Shown: positions 37,014 to 48,505, counted from the stretch's first letter. The stretch: 64,000 nucleotides of DNA from an uncultured Gammaproteobacteria bacterium (GCA_964535715.1 CAZHUO010000003.1:256-64255); one strand, 5' to 3'. Notes: a model not told the origin generated them from the sequence alone. Numbers and translations: made by a program.

Positions 37014-37606
37014 TAAAAAATATTAAATCTAAAATCTTAAATCTCAAATCTCTTGAAAGGCAGGGTGGTTTTACCCCGCACCTTTTGTGCGTAATAAAAG
37101 AAAGAACATTAATCCATAGAAAAGGTGCGGGGTTTACTTTGATAGAATTGATTATCTATTTGGGAATTGTCGGCATGATTTTGGTCAGCATTTCTTATCT
37201 GATTTTGGATATTATGGTTGGTCAGGCGACTAATTATGCAGATCAGGAAGTCAATTATAACTTTCGCTATATTGCCGATATTTTAACTGATGACATCAAA
37301 TCCTCACAAGACATCGGAAGTCTAACTAATAGTAATTTGGTTTTAATTATGGCAGGTGATGATATTATATATAATTTTGATGAAACAAATAAAATTTTAT
37401 CCAGGCAAGTTGGCGATGCAGCGCCTTTGTCTGTCAATAATGAAAATATTGAAATTATTGGAAATTTTACCGATTTTTCAAAAATGGGCAGAACAAAAAA
37501 CGTGGGCATTCATTTAAATATAAGTTATAAAAATCCCGGCAATATTTCTGATTATAATTCAACCACTACTGTTGATTTTGCAGTTGAGCTTCGCGGCAGG
37601 AGATAA
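37010..37606 (+). CDS. Prepilin-type minor pilin. The annotated ORF has an unusually long leader, so the true start may be an internal non-ATG codon.
   Basis: ...HRKGAG-FTLIELIIYLGIVGMILV class III signal. Confidence 0.6.
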   Translation: MIKNIKSKILNLKSLERQGGFTPHLLCVIKERTLIHRKGAGFTLIELIIYLGIVGMILVSISYLILDIMVGQATNYADQEVNYNFRYIADILTDDIKSSQDIGSLTNSNLVLIMAGDDIIYNFDETNKILSRQVGDAAPLSVNNENIEIIGNFTDFSKMGRTKNVGIHLNISYKNPGNISDYNSTTTVDFAVELRGRR

Positions 37607-37608
37607 AT

Positions 37609-38022
37609 ATGAAAAATTATAAATCACAAAATCAAAATTCCAAGCAATTTTTCGGCCAAGAGCGGGGCGGTTATATTGCATTGATTTCATTATTAATTGT
37701 TTCAGCCGCTGCTTTGACGATAGGAATTGCCGTAAGCCTCAGGGGAATTGAAGAGATTCAAATGAGTTATTCTTCTCAAAAAGCGGCTGAAGCTGAAAAT
37801 TTGGCTGATGTTTGTATTGAGGAAGGATTAGAGAATTTACGAAATATTTGGGCTGATTATTCAAATTCCTTGTTTTTTGGCAGCAATTCTTGTATAATAA
37901 ATACAGAAGTTGATGCAAGTAATGCAATTCTATACGCAACTGGAACTGCAGATGTTTATACTCAAAAAATTGAAGTCAAAGTTGACACTAATTTAGATGT
38001 GATTTATTGGAAAAATAATTAG
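37609..38022 (+). CDS. PilX-N-like pilus assembly / minor pilin protein
   Basis: ERGGYIALISLLIVSAAALTIGIAV resembles the PilX N-terminal domain. Confidence 0.45.
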   Translation: MKNYKSQNQNSKQFFGQERGGYIALISLLIVSAAALTIGIAVSLRGIEEIQMSYSSQKAAEAENLADVCIEEGLENLRNIWADYSNSLFFGSNSCIINTEVDASNAILYATGTADVYTQKIEVKVDTNLDVIYWKNN

Positions 38023-38060
38023 CTTATTTGGCTTTTAAGTAAAAAAACAAAACAAAAATT

Positions 38061-39896
38061 ATGCTTAATAGAAAAATATTCGGTCTGGATATTTCCGATC
38101 ATTCAATAGAGGCTTTGATGCTGAAAAAAAGAATTTTTGGCAAGCCAAAAGTATATTCTTACGCCAGGTCGATATTAAGAAGCGAGATTGTCAGTAACGG
38201 AATTATTAAAGATGCAAAAAAACTGGAAGAAAATATTGTAAAACTTATATATTCGGCAAAACCGAGGCTGTTTCGGACGCCGTATTGTATTTTATCTTTG
38301 CCAGAATCCCAAATTTTTACGGCGATATTTAAACTCCCGGCCGGATTAAGGCACGATGAAATTAAAAAGACAATTCCTTACAAAGCCGAAGAAGTCATCC
38401 CTTTTGAATCGACGGAAATTTATTTTGATTTTAAAGTAATAAAAAAGCAAGGAGCCACTCAGGAGGTATTTTATGCAGCTGTTTTGTCTAAAGTAGTTGA
38501 TTCATATGTCAGAGTTTTAAAAAACGTTGGATTAAAACCGGTTGCTTTTGATCTTGAATCAGTAAGTCTTGCTAAGGCACTTTTAAAGAATGGCAAAAAA
38601 TTACAAGGAAAAATATTGCTGGATATTGGCGCCAGGACTTCTAATCTAAGCATTTTTGATCAAAGTGGAATCAGACAAAGTCTAATAATAAAAGTAGCCG
38701 GAAATCGGTTTACTAAAGCAGTGGCAAAAGGTTTAGGCATAGCTGAAAAATTAGCTGAAGAACAAAAAATAAAAAATGGCTTGGATGAAAAAAATCAAAA
38801 GCCGAAAGCCTTGACCGCTTTAAAAAGCGAACTTAACAAGATAATCTCCGAGGTTAAAAAAGTAGTTGATTATTACCAGTTGGAAAATCAAAGGCAGATT
38901 GATGAGGTTATTTTGGCCGGCGGTTCGGCATTAATGCCGGGTATTGAAAAATATTTTTTTGACTCTTTAAAAATTAAAACTTCCATAGGCAATCCTTTTT
39001 TAAAAATTTCCGCTGGCCGATTTGATAAATTGAAAAATTATGGCGTAATGTTTTCCAACGTCTGTGGACTTGCCTTGCGGGGGATAAACAAAAAAGCGAT
39101 AACAAGCGATATAAATCTTCTGCCATTCCCGGCAAGAAGGCTTGAATTAATGCCGGAAAAATCAAATTTTAAAGCCTGGATTCCTTTTTATATTCGTTTG
39201 ATAATTTTAATAATATTGATTTTTGTATTGGGAGGAATTTTTTATTTAAAGAGTATTGGGGTTGATTTTTATAATAAAGTATTTCCAACCGAAACATATG
39301 AAAGCAAAATTACTCCCGATTTTGACATGGAGGTGATTGACCAGCTTCGCCAGAGATTAAATTCGACAAGTACCGAAGCTTTAATTAATGAAAATAATGC
39401 AGACAAAACGGAGGAGATAAAAATTGAAAAAATGGTAAAAGTTAAAGATACTCCGGCAGGAACGCTAAATGTAAGGCAAGGTCCGGCAACATCTTATGAT
39501 TTGGTAGGCAAAGTAACGCCGGGTCAGGAACTAAAATTTATTGAGGAGCAGAACGGCTGGTATAAAATTATTTTTGAGGGCACAAAAGAAGGCTGGGTTA
39601 TTAAAACCTACGCTGATATAATTGAAGTTAATGTCAATCAAAACCAGCAACCTTTGCCTGAAGTCAAAGGAGTTTCAATTCAGCTTGATAAAATTAAAAT
39701 TAGTAATGTTGATTCTGGATTTTTAAATGTTAGAAGCCAGCCGGGAATTGAAAATGAAAAAATTGGTAAAGTGATGGCCGGCCAGGAGTTTGAAGTTCTA
39801 GCCGAAGTCGAAGGCTGGTATAAAATTGAGTATACTGAAGACAAATATGGCTGGGTTTCTTCAGAATTCGCTTCACCAATTGAAAATAATAATTAA
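38061..39896 (+). CDS. PilM-like actin-fold pilus assembly protein fused to a PilN-like TM segment and two C-terminal SH3b domains
   Basis: N-terminal IFGLDISDHSIEAL (PilM). TM helix at ~aa 375-395. Two ...LNVR.GP...G.V..GQE......GWYKI....GW... SH3_3-type repeats. Confidence 0.6.
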   Translation: MLNRKIFGLDISDHSIEALMLKKRIFGKPKVYSYARSILRSEIVSNGIIKDAKKLEENIVKLIYSAKPRLFRTPYCILSLPESQIFTAIFKLPAGLRHDEIKKTIPYKAEEVIPFESTEIYFDFKVIKKQGATQEVFYAAVLSKVVDSYVRVLKNVGLKPVAFDLESVSLAKALLKNGKKLQGKILLDIGARTSNLSIFDQSGIRQSLIIKVAGNRFTKAVAKGLGIAEKLAEEQKIKNGLDEKNQKPKALTALKSELNKIISEVKKVVDYYQLENQRQIDEVILAGGSALMPGIEKYFFDSLKIKTSIGNPFLKISAGRFDKLKNYGVMFSNVCGLALRGINKKAITSDINLLPFPARRLELMPEKSNFKAWIPFYIRLIILIILIFVLGGIFYLKSIGVDFYNKVFPTETYESKITPDFDMEVIDQLRQRLNSTSTEALINENNADKTEEIKIEKMVKVKDTPAGTLNVRQGPATSYDLVGKVTPGQELKFIEEQNGWYKIIFEGTKEGWVIKTYADIIEVNVNQNQQPLPEVKGVSIQLDKIKISNVDSGFLNVRSQPGIENEKIGKVMAGQEFEVLAEVEGWYKIEYTEDKYGWVSSEFASPIENNN

Positions 39897-39928
39897 TTTA
39901 TATATATAAATTTAAAAATTAATTTAAA

Positions 39929-40405
39929 ATGAGAAAATCTATGAAAAAACAAAAAGGTTTTACTCTTATTGAGCTTTTGATTGTAATTGCAATCATTGCA
40001 ATTTTAGCATCAATAATTTATGTAGCGGTCGATCCAGCCCGCCGAATACAAGAGGCAAGGGATGCCCAGCGCTGGAGTTCGGTAAATTCCATTTTGAACG
40101 CTTATTTAAAGTATACGGTTGACAATGTCGGTACGGAACCGACAACTATTACCGGTACAAGCGCCCACATGATTTCAATAACCGGAACAACGGGAGTAAC
40201 TGCGCCGACTGACGCTTGTGCAGCAACAACAACCGCTTATGTGGCAAATTTGAGCAATTTAGTCCCAAACTATATTGCCGAAATTCCAGTTGATACTAAT
40301 TTTGCTAATGACTCCGGTTATTATATTACTAGGAATTCTGCCGGCAGAATAACAATTGGCGCATGTAACCCGGAAAGAACTACCGCCGTAAGCGTACAAA
40401 GGTAA
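39929..40405 (+). CDS. Type IV (major) pilin, paralog 1
   Basis: KG-FTLIELLIVIAIIAILA class III signal. Conserved DPARRIQEARDAQRWSSVNSILNAYLKYTVDN block shared with the next gene. Confidence 0.8.
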   Translation: MRKSMKKQKGFTLIELLIVIAIIAILASIIYVAVDPARRIQEARDAQRWSSVNSILNAYLKYTVDNVGTEPTTITGTSAHMISITGTTGVTAPTDACAATTTAYVANLSNLVPNYIAEIPVDTNFANDSGYYITRNSAGRITIGACNPERTTAVSVQR

Positions 40406-40424
40406 TTAATACTTAATATTTTAG

Positions 40425-40456
40425 GAAGCCCGGCTGAAAAGTCCGGGCTTTTTTGT
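40425..40456 (+). terminator. Intrinsic terminator between the pilin paralogs
   Basis: AGCCCGG...CCGGGCT hairpin followed by TTTTTTG, then TGTTATAAT extended -10. Confidence 0.7.
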
Positions 40457-40531
40457 TTTTATATTTAATGTTATAATATAATTGATATTTGTAATTATAA
40501 TTAAATATTGTTTAAGATATTAGGGGAATAT

Positions 40532-41020
40532 ATGAAAAAACAAAGCGGGCTTACACTTATTGAGCTTTTAATTGTGATTGCAATTGTTGCGATTTTGGCG
40601 GCAATAATTTATGAGTCCATTGACCCTCCCAGGCGCATGGCAGAAGTTAGAAATGCAAGCCGATGGAGTTCGGTGAATGCAATTTTAAATTCATATTTAA
40701 AATATACTGTTGACAATGTTGCAGAACCTGTGGTTTTATCGTCCGGATTATATTATTTGATTGGTACGGACACAAGCGGATGCAATGCCTGCATAGCAAA
40801 AACAACTGAGCCGGCCTGTATTGATTTATCAGTCCTTGTTGACCGCTATTTGACGAAAATTCCTGGTGATCCAAGCTTTGCTGTTGATAATGATTTAAAT
40901 GGAATTTGGGATAAAACCGGTTTTTATATAATGCGTTCAAATAACGGCAGAATTTCAGTCGGAGCATGCAGCCCAGAAATAATATTGGGCCAAATTCAGG
41001 AAATCGAGGTAAGCCGTTAA
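40532..41020 (+). CDS. Type IV pilin, paralog 2
   Basis: SG-LTLIELLIVIAIVAILA. The RBS AGGGGA lies 5 nt upstream of the ATG at 40532. Confidence 0.8.
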   Translation: MKKQSGLTLIELLIVIAIVAILAAIIYESIDPPRRMAEVRNASRWSSVNAILNSYLKYTVDNVAEPVVLSSGLYYLIGTDTSGCNACIAKTTEPACIDLSVLVDRYLTKIPGDPSFAVDNDLNGIWDKTGFYIMRSNNGRISVGACSPEIILGQIQEIEVSR

Positions 41021-41050
41021 TTTTTTTATGCATATTGAATAAAAAACTTT

Positions 41051-41563
41051 ATGGGAAAAAAAATAATCTTTATTATTGCCCAGAATAATTTCAGAGATGA
41101 AGAGCTTATAGAGCCAAAACAAATTTTGGAAAAAAGGGGAATTTTGGTAAAAATCGCTTCAAAGACCAGAGCCAAAGCTTTTGGCAAAATCGGTACTGAA
41201 ATCAATCCTGATTTTTCTTTGGCAGAAATTGAGGCAAAAAATTTTGATGCCATTGCTTTTGTTGGTGGAGCCGGCGCCAGACAATATCTGGATGATCCTG
41301 ATGCCTTAAGGATTGCCGGCGAATTTAAAAAAGCCGATAAAATTATAGGCGGAATATGTATTGGCCCTTCAATTTTGGCCAATGCCGGAATCATTATCGG
41401 TAAAAAGGTTACGGCTTTTCCGACTGAAGAAGAAAATTTGAGAAATCGCGGAGCCGAATATACCGGCATGCAGTTTGAAGTAGATGGAAAATTAGTTACT
41501 GCCAAAGATCCGACTGCGGCAAAAGAATTTGGGGAAAAGCTGGCATATCTGCTGGAAGAATAA
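41051..41563 (+). CDS. DJ-1/PfpI family protein
   Basis: GGICIGPSILANAG nucleophile elbow (Cys) in a DJ-1/PfpI context. Confidence 0.7.
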   Translation: MGKKIIFIIAQNNFRDEELIEPKQILEKRGILVKIASKTRAKAFGKIGTEINPDFSLAEIEAKNFDAIAFVGGAGARQYLDDPDALRIAGEFKKADKIIGGICIGPSILANAGIIIGKKVTAFPTEEENLRNRGAEYTGMQFEVDGKLVTAKDPTAAKEFGEKLAYLLEE

Positions 41564-41670
41564 TTTTTGTAATCTTAAATCTAATATCTAAAATTTAAAA
41601 ATCGCATATAAAGAATAAAAAGATATTAGATAAAAGATATTATATATAAGATTTTAGATATTAGATATTT

Positions 41671-42612
41671 ATGTTATACGATGTCATAATCATCGGTGCC
41701 GGTCCGGCAGGAATGTCTGCCGGTATTTATTGCTGTCGAAAAAAGCTATCTACTTTAGTTTTGTCCAAGGATATCGGCGGGCAGACGGCCAAATCTTGGG
41801 ATGTTGAAAATTATCTTGGTTATAATTTGATTTCCGGGCTAGAGCTTTCTCAAAAATTCAAAGAACACTTTAATCAATTCAATTGTGCCAAATTAAAAGT
41901 CGGTATAGAAATTTTAAGCTTAAAAAAAAGTGGTAAATTTTTTGATGTTAAAGTTAATAATGGTGCAAGCTTTGGGGGCAAAACTGTGATTATTGCTTCC
42001 GGTAAAAGTTCTCGTGAGCTTGATGTTTTAGGCGAAAAGGAATTTCGCAATAAAGGCGTTACTTACTGCGCCATTTGCGATGCGCCGATATTTAAAGATA
42101 AAGCCGTGGCGGTTATCGGCGGTGGGGACTCGGCTTTGGATGCGTCATATCAACTTACTAAGATTGCCAAAAAAATCTATCTTTTGGTTTGGGATAAAAA
42201 ATTTAAAATCAATTTAGATAAAGTTTTACTGGAAAATACCCTAAACAGCCCCAAAGTACAAGTAATATTTAATGCTTCGGTAACTAAAATTATCGGTGAT
42301 AAATTTGTTGCCGGTTTGATCTATCAAGATTTAATTTCCAAGAAAAATAACCAGCTGCCTGTTGAGGGAGTTTTTATTGAAATCGGTTCTATTCCGTCAG
42401 TTGATTTTTGCAAAGGCTTGGTAAAATTAAATAAGCAGGGTGAAATTATAATTGACCGGCATAACATGACTTCGGTTAAAGGAATTTTTGCCGCCGGCGA
42501 TGTAACCGATGTTTTGGAGAAACAAACCATAATTGCCGCCGGCGAAGGGGCAAAAGCGGCGATTGGTGCGGCAAATTACTTAAGTAGGCAAAAAACAACA
42601 GTTAACAATTAA
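41671..42612 (+). CDS. trxB: Thioredoxin-disulfide reductase
   Basis: FAD GxGxxG motif IIGAGPAG. Redox-active CAICD. NADPH GGGDSA motif. Confidence 0.85.
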   Translation: MLYDVIIIGAGPAGMSAGIYCCRKKLSTLVLSKDIGGQTAKSWDVENYLGYNLISGLELSQKFKEHFNQFNCAKLKVGIEILSLKKSGKFFDVKVNNGASFGGKTVIIASGKSSRELDVLGEKEFRNKGVTYCAICDAPIFKDKAVAVIGGGDSALDASYQLTKIAKKIYLLVWDKKFKINLDKVLLENTLNSPKVQVIFNASVTKIIGDKFVAGLIYQDLISKKNNQLPVEGVFIEIGSIPSVDFCKGLVKLNKQGEIIIDRHNMTSVKGIFAAGDVTDVLEKQTIIAAGEGAKAAIGAANYLSRQKTTVNN

Positions 42613-42629
42613 CATTTAACAGTTAACTT

Positions 42630-42863
42630 ATGAAAAAAATTATCATTTATTCCACGCCGACCTGCCCTTACTGCAAGATGGTCAAGGAATATCTAAAGAG
42701 CAAAAATATCGAATTTACCGATTATAATGTGGCTGACGACAGTGCAAAAGCTAAAGAAATGATTGATAAATCAGGCCAGATGGGCGTGCCGGTGATTGAT
42801 ATTGAAGGCAAAATTATTGTCGGTTTTGATCAGGAAGCGATAAATCGCGAATTGGGTCTATAA
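42630..42863 (+). CDS. Glutaredoxin-like / NrdH-like small redoxin
   Basis: CPYC active site in a thioredoxin-fold context. Confidence 0.75.
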   Translation: MKKIIIYSTPTCPYCKMVKEYLKSKNIEFTDYNVADDSAKAKEMIDKSGQMGVPVIDIEGKIIVGFDQEAINRELGL

Positions 42864-43333
42864 GCCATATAGATTGACTTTATTATTTATTCGATTTATA
42901 ATTTTTAAACAAATAAACGCCACACCTAAGATTGTAGTTTCTAACATTATTTTAGGTGTGGCGGTAAATATTGCTAATTTAATCAAAGGGGCCTTGCCCC
43001 CTAGTTTAGCTTTGTAGATATTTCATTAAATAAAGTGGTTGTTATATCAAGAAAAAATCTAAATTGTTAACGTATAAATTCAAAATTTATTATCTTAATA
43101 TTTACCATTGTTTAAGGGATCTCTCCCTTCAGTCGAGATGACCAACGAGAATATGCCAAAATTCGAATTAGACAACAAATTAAAGCCCAAGGGTGACCCC
43201 GCCTCAAGCCCGAAATAGAAAATATCAGTTGATTAAAGTTTTCTCTCAAAATCGCCTTCGGCTTAATTAGTTGTAAATTAGGGTTTTTCTAGGGGCTTTG
43301 GGCGGGGCAAGTCAGCCAAATTAAAATATAACA

Positions 43334-45313
43334 ATGAACAAATTTCAATTACAAAGTAAATATCGGCCTAAAGGAGATCAAGTTAAGGCAATAAAACAAC
43401 TGGTGGAGGGCTACAAAAAATATCAGCAGCAGACGCTTTTAGGCGTGACCGGTTCGGGCAAGACTTTTAGCATTGCCAATGTTATTTCGCAGGTGCAGAA
43501 ACCGACTTTGGTGCTGTCACATAACAAAACTTTGGCTGCCCAGCTCTACCAAGAATTTCAAACATTTTTTCCGAAAAATCGGGTTTGTTATTTTGTTTCC
43601 TATTATGATTATTACCAGCCGGAAAGCTATTTGCCGATTTCCGATACCTATATTGAAAAAGACGCTACAATCAATGAAACCATTGAGCGCTTGCGTTTGG
43701 AAGCAGCCACGTCACTTTTGGCCAGGTCGGATGTCATTATTGTGGCTTCGGTTTCCTGTATCTATGCTTTTGGCCAGCCGGCTGATTTTGAAGGTGAAAG
43801 CTTTCATCTGACAGTTGGTCAGAAATTAGATAAGCGCGATTTGTTAGCGGCATTAATAAAAATTCAGTATGAAAGAAATGAAACAGATTTAAGATTCGGC
43901 CGTTTTCGGGTCCGCGGCGATAGTATTGATATAATTCAAGGATCGGCCAACAGTAATATTGTCAGAATCCAGCTTTTTAATGATGTAATTGAAGCGATTT
44001 CCGATGTTGATAAAATGACCGGAAAAAAAATCAATGACCTGCGGGATGTTTTTATTTATCCGGCAAAGCCCTTTGTGGTGCCAGAAAATAGGCTTAAGCC
44101 AGCAATGGAATCTATTCGACAGGAACTTGAAAAGCGCCTGCCGGAACTTGACACAATCGAGGCATACCGTCTTAAACAAAGGACTAATTATGATTTGGAA
44201 ATGCTAGAACAGCTTGGCTACTGCAAAGGCATGGAAAATTATTCTAGGCATTTTGACAACCGCAAACCAGGCCAGCCGCCGTTTACTTTGATTGATTTTT
44301 TCGAATATGCGGCCAAAGATTGGCTTTTGGTAATTGATGAAAGCCACCAGTCAATTCCGCAAATCGGCGGAATGTATCATGGGGACTTCGCCAGAAAAAA
44401 AAATCTGATTGACTACGGCTTTCGCCTGCCCAGTGCTTATGATAACCGCCCATTGAAGTTTAAGGAATTTGAAAAATATCTTAAGCATGTAATCTATACT
44501 TCGGCCACACCGGGTGAATATGAATTAGTCCAAAGCGGCCAGGTGGTTGAACAAATAATCAGGCCAACCGGCTTAATTGATCCGCCGATTGAAGTTCGGC
44601 CGGTAACTGGCCAGGTTCCGGATTTGATTTCAGAAATTAAAAAAGTCACCAAAAACGGTTATCGCGTCTTGGTAACAACTTTGACAAAGCGGATGGCTGA
44701 AGATTTGGCAACTTATCTGGTTGATGAGGGTATTAAATCGGTATATCTGCATTCGGAAATTGAAACTTTGGTCAGGATAAAGATTATAAATGAATTGCGA
44801 ACAGGCAAATATGATGTTTTAGTCGGCATTAACTTGCTTAGAGAAGGCCTGGATTTGCCGGAAGTGGCTTTAGTGGCGATTTTGGATGCCGATAAAGAAG
44901 GTTTTTTGAGAAACACTAAAAGTTTGATTCAGACAGCCGGCCGCGCGGCTCGCAATGTCAATTCAAAAGTTATCATGTATGCCGACAGGATTACCGGTTC
45001 AATTAAAGAAGCAATTAGTGAAACTAATCGCCGGCGGAAAATTCAAACTGCTTACAATAAAAAGCATGGCATTACCCCGAAAAGCATTATTAAAGCAATC
45101 ACCCAGGAAGAAACAGTAATTGAGCCGGGTGAAAAAGGCTTAGAGTTTAATGTTGATAAATTAATTATTGATTTAGAGGGACAAATGAGATTGGCGGCAG
45201 AAGAGCTAAATTTTGAAAAAGCAATTGAATTGCGCGATAAAATTGAAAAACTTAAGGAAAGCTTTAATGAAGATGCAATACCGTATAGAAAAAGAACCAG
45301 GAAGAACAGTTAG
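43334..45313 (+). CDS. uvrB: Excinuclease ABC subunit B
   Basis: Helicase motifs GVTGSGKT, DESH, the beta-hairpin region and the C-terminal UVR domain. Confidence 0.95.
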   Translation: MNKFQLQSKYRPKGDQVKAIKQLVEGYKKYQQQTLLGVTGSGKTFSIANVISQVQKPTLVLSHNKTLAAQLYQEFQTFFPKNRVCYFVSYYDYYQPESYLPISDTYIEKDATINETIERLRLEAATSLLARSDVIIVASVSCIYAFGQPADFEGESFHLTVGQKLDKRDLLAALIKIQYERNETDLRFGRFRVRGDSIDIIQGSANSNIVRIQLFNDVIEAISDVDKMTGKKINDLRDVFIYPAKPFVVPENRLKPAMESIRQELEKRLPELDTIEAYRLKQRTNYDLEMLEQLGYCKGMENYSRHFDNRKPGQPPFTLIDFFEYAAKDWLLVIDESHQSIPQIGGMYHGDFARKKNLIDYGFRLPSAYDNRPLKFKEFEKYLKHVIYTSATPGEYELVQSGQVVEQIIRPTGLIDPPIEVRPVTGQVPDLISEIKKVTKNGYRVLVTTLTKRMAEDLATYLVDEGIKSVYLHSEIETLVRIKIINELRTGKYDVLVGINLLREGLDLPEVALVAILDADKEGFLRNTKSLIQTAGRAARNVNSKVIMYADRITGSIKEAISETNRRRKIQTAYNKKHGITPKSIIKAITQEETVIEPGEKGLEFNVDKLIIDLEGQMRLAAEELNFEKAIELRDKIEKLKESFNEDAIPYRKRTRKNS

Positions 45314-45397
45314 TGCGGAGTAAAACTATTAAATAAATTTTCAATTCTTAATTTACAATTAATTTTTTTATATTTAAATAATATAAATTGAATCTGT

Positions 45398-45480
45398 GCT
45401 AAAGGCGCATCTACTGTACATCTCCGCCATAGGTGGACAAGCGCCTCTGGCGGAAAAATTCGAATTTTAAAATTCAAAAT
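45398..45480. repeat. GC-rich hairpin/pseudoknot-capable repeat, copy C (same family as 15667 and 15781)
   Basis: AAAGGCGCATCTACTGTACATCTCCGCCATAGGTGGACAAGCGCCTCTGGCGG. Confidence 0.55.
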
Positions 45481-45491
45481 TATAAATAATT

Positions 45492-48317
45492 ATGTCTAAC
45501 AAATTTATCACAATCCGCGGAGCCCGCGAACACAACTTAAAAAACATTAACGTTGATATTCCGATTGATAAGCTGACCGTAATTACCGGCTTGTCCGGCT
45601 CGGGAAAATCAACGCTGGCTTTTGATACCATTTATGCCGAGGGTCAGCGCCGGTATGTTGAAAGTTTATCCGCTTATGCGCGGCAATTTTTGGGTTTAAT
45701 GAATAAGCCGGATGTTGATAAAATCACCGGACTATCGCCGGCAATTTCCATTGAACAGAAATCAATTTCCAAAAATCCCCGGTCAACTGTCGGAACGATT
45801 ACTGAAATTGCTGATTATTTACGTTTACTTTATGCCAGAATAGGAATTCCACATTGTCCAAATTGTGGTAAACGGATTATGTCGCAATCGGTTGAAATGA
45901 TTACCGAAACATTACTTAAAGAAAAAAATGGCACTAAAATTCAAATTTTAGCTCCAATCATTCGTAGTAAAAAGGGAACCTATGAAAAACTTTTTATGGA
46001 ATTAGAGAAGAAAGGTTATATTAGAATCAGACTAAACGGCGAAATAAAGGATTTGGCTGATTTTGAAAATTTCAAGTTAAACAAGCAGACAAAACATAAT
46101 ATTGAAATAGTCATTGACCGGTTGGTTATTAAAAAAGGCGTTGAAAGCCGGCTTAATGAAGCGATTGAAACCGCTTTAGGCGAAGCTGAGGGATTGGTTT
46201 TGGCAATAATCGAAAAAAACGAACGGCTATTTTCTCAAGCCAATGCTTGTGCTGACTGTGGTATTTCAGTCGGCGAACTGCAGCCCAGGATGTTTTCTTT
46301 TAATTCGCCGTTTGGCGCTTGCCCAAATTGCCATGGTTTAGGTTATTTACAACAGGTTGATGCTGATTTAATCATTCCAGATAAAAATATATCTTTAGCC
46401 CAAGGCGCGGTAAAACCATGGAAAGCACACGGCGAAGGCTGGCGAAACCAGCAACTGGACGGCTTGGCAAAGTATTACCATTTTGACCTTTGGACTCCTT
46501 GGAAAAATTTACCTAAAAAAGTTCAAGATATTGTATTATTTGGCAGTAAAGATGAAATAAAATTTGACGTAAAATCATGGGAAGGCCAAATGAGTCATAG
46601 TTGGACCGGCAGTTTTGAAGGCATAATCCCGCAAATTGAAAGACTATATAAGCAAACCGAATCGGAATGGCGCAGGCAGGAAATGGAAAAATTTATGCGT
46701 TTAGGTGATTGTCCTAATTGTGGCGGCAAGCGGCTTAAACCCGAAGTTTTGGCAGTTACGATTAACAATAAAAACATTTGGGAAGCAACGGAATTTTCGA
46801 TTGAAAGAGCTTTGGAATTTTTCAGCAATTTGCAGTTGACTAAGCAGGAAACCGAAGTTGCCCGCTTAATTCTAAAAGAAATTGAAAATCGGTTGAAATT
46901 TTTGATTAATGTAGGCTTAAACTATTTGACTCTGTCTCGCGCCGCCCAGACGCTTTCCGGCGGGGAGGCTCAACGGATTAGATTAGCCACCCAAATCGGT
47001 TCGGAACTGCGCGGAGTTTTGTATATACTAGACGAGCCGTCAATTGGCTTGCACCAACGAGACAACGAAAAACTGATTTCGACTTTAAGAAATTTAAGAG
47101 ATTTGGGCAATACGGTTATTGTGGTTGAGCATGATTCAGAAACAATTTTAACAGCTGACCATGTTATTGATCTGGGGCCGGGTGCGGGCATCCATGGCGG
47201 TGAAATTGTCTGTTTTGGCACGCCACAGCAAATAAAAAAATGTCCATATTCGCTTACCGGTCAATACTTGGTCGGCAAGCTGTCAATTAATATTCCGGCT
47301 AAGCGGCGCAAGGCTTTTGATTTTTTGGAAATTTTCGGCGCTCAGCAGAATAATTTGAAAAATATTGACGTAAAAATTCCGCTTAAAGTCTTTACCTGCG
47401 TCACCGGCGTTTCGGGTTCGGGAAAAAGCAGTCTGGTTAATGATATTTTGTATAAAGCTTTATATAAAATATTTTTGGCATCAACGGAAAAACCTGGTAA
47501 GTATAAGAACATGAAAGGCTATGGCTTATTAGATAAAGCGGTTATCGTTGATCAGTCGCCGATTGGCCGAACGCCCCGAAGCAACCCGGCAACATATATC
47601 GGAGTTTTCACTTATATCAGAGAATTATTTACAATGACCAAAGAAGCCAAAGCCAAAGGCTATAAATCCGGCCGGTTCAGCTTTAATGTCTCCGGCGGCC
47701 GTTGCGAAGAATGCGAAGGCGATGGGGTAAAGAAAATCGAAATGCATTTTCTGCCGGACGTTTATATTGAATGTGAGAAATGCAAGGGTCGGCGCTATAA
47801 TCAGGAAACTTTGGCGATCAAATACAAAAATAAAAATATTGCCGATATTTTGAATATGACTGTTGAAGAAGCACTTAATTTTTTTGAAAATATTCCGCGG
47901 GTAAAAAGCAAGCTTCAGACTTTATATGATGTCGGTTTGGGTTATATTACTTTAGGTCAGAGTGCCACGACATTATCGGGTGGGGAAGCCCAGCGCATAA
48001 AACTTACATCTGAACTATCCCGCAAAGGCGGCAATACAATGTACATTTTGGATGAGCCGACAACCGGTTTGCATTTTGCCGATGTAAAAAAATTGCTGGA
48101 AGTTTTAAATCGTTTAGTTGATAAGGGTAATTCGGTTTTGGTCATCGAACATAATTTAGACGTGATTAAATCGGCTGATTGGGTGATTGATTTGGGACCT
48201 GAAGGCGGGGATAAGGGCGGGAGGATTATTGCCGAAGGCACGCCCGAGAAAATTGCCAAATGCGCGAAGTGGAGCTATACCGGGAAGTATCTCCGGGAAG
48301 TTTTAGGTAGTAGGTAG
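45492..48317 (+). CDS. uvrA: Excinuclease ABC subunit A
   Basis: Two ABC ATPase modules ([18 protein letters not shown]), LSGGE signatures and zinc-finger Cys clusters. Confidence 0.95.
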   Translation: MSNKFITIRGAREHNLKNINVDIPIDKLTVITGLSGSGKSTLAFDTIYAEGQRRYVESLSAYARQFLGLMNKPDVDKITGLSPAISIEQKSISKNPRSTVGTITEIADYLRLLYARIGIPHCPNCGKRIMSQSVEMITETLLKEKNGTKIQILAPIIRSKKGTYEKLFMELEKKGYIRIRLNGEIKDLADFENFKLNKQTKHNIEIVIDRLVIKKGVESRLNEAIETALGEAEGLVLAIIEKNERLFSQANACADCGISVGELQPRMFSFNSPFGACPNCHGLGYLQQVDADLIIPDKNISLAQGAVKPWKAHGEGWRNQQLDGLAKYYHFDLWTPWKNLPKKVQDIVLFGSKDEIKFDVKSWEGQMSHSWTGSFEGIIPQIERLYKQTESEWRRQEMEKFMRLGDCPNCGGKRLKPEVLAVTINNKNIWEATEFSIERALEFFSNLQLTKQETEVARLILKEIENRLKFLINVGLNYLTLSRAAQTLSGGEAQRIRLATQIGSELRGVLYILDEPSIGLHQRDNEKLISTLRNLRDLGNTVIVVEHDSETILTADHVIDLGPGAGIHGGEIVCFGTPQQIKKCPYSLTGQYLVGKLSINIPAKRRKAFDFLEIFGAQQNNLKNIDVKIPLKVFTCVTGVSGSGKSSLVNDILYKALYKIFLASTEKPGKYKNMKGYGLLDKAVIVDQSPIGRTPRSNPATYIGVFTYIRELFTMTKEAKAKGYKSGRFSFNVSGGRCEECEGDGVKKIEMHFLPDVYIECEKCKGRRYNQETLAIKYKNKNIADILNMTVEEALNFFENIPRVKSKLQTLYDVGLGYITLGQSATTLSGGEAQRIKLTSELSRKGGNTMYILDEPTTGLHFADVKKLLEVLNRLVDKGNSVLVIEHNLDVIKSADWVIDLGPEGGDKGGRIIAEGTPEKIAKCAKWSYTGKYLREVLGSR

Positions 48318-48505
48318 TTGGTAGTGGTTAGGCGCTAGGCTTTATGTTTTAAAAACCTGTAAAGGCGAGTAAGTCTGGGTAGTAAATTAAAAGTAAATTA
48401 AGGAGAAAAGTAAATTAAGCTTGCTTTTAGTTTACTTTTATTTACTTTTTACTCGCTTCTATACGCTTTTTAAATTCGCTTCTAATTTACTTTAAATAAC
48501 TTTAT

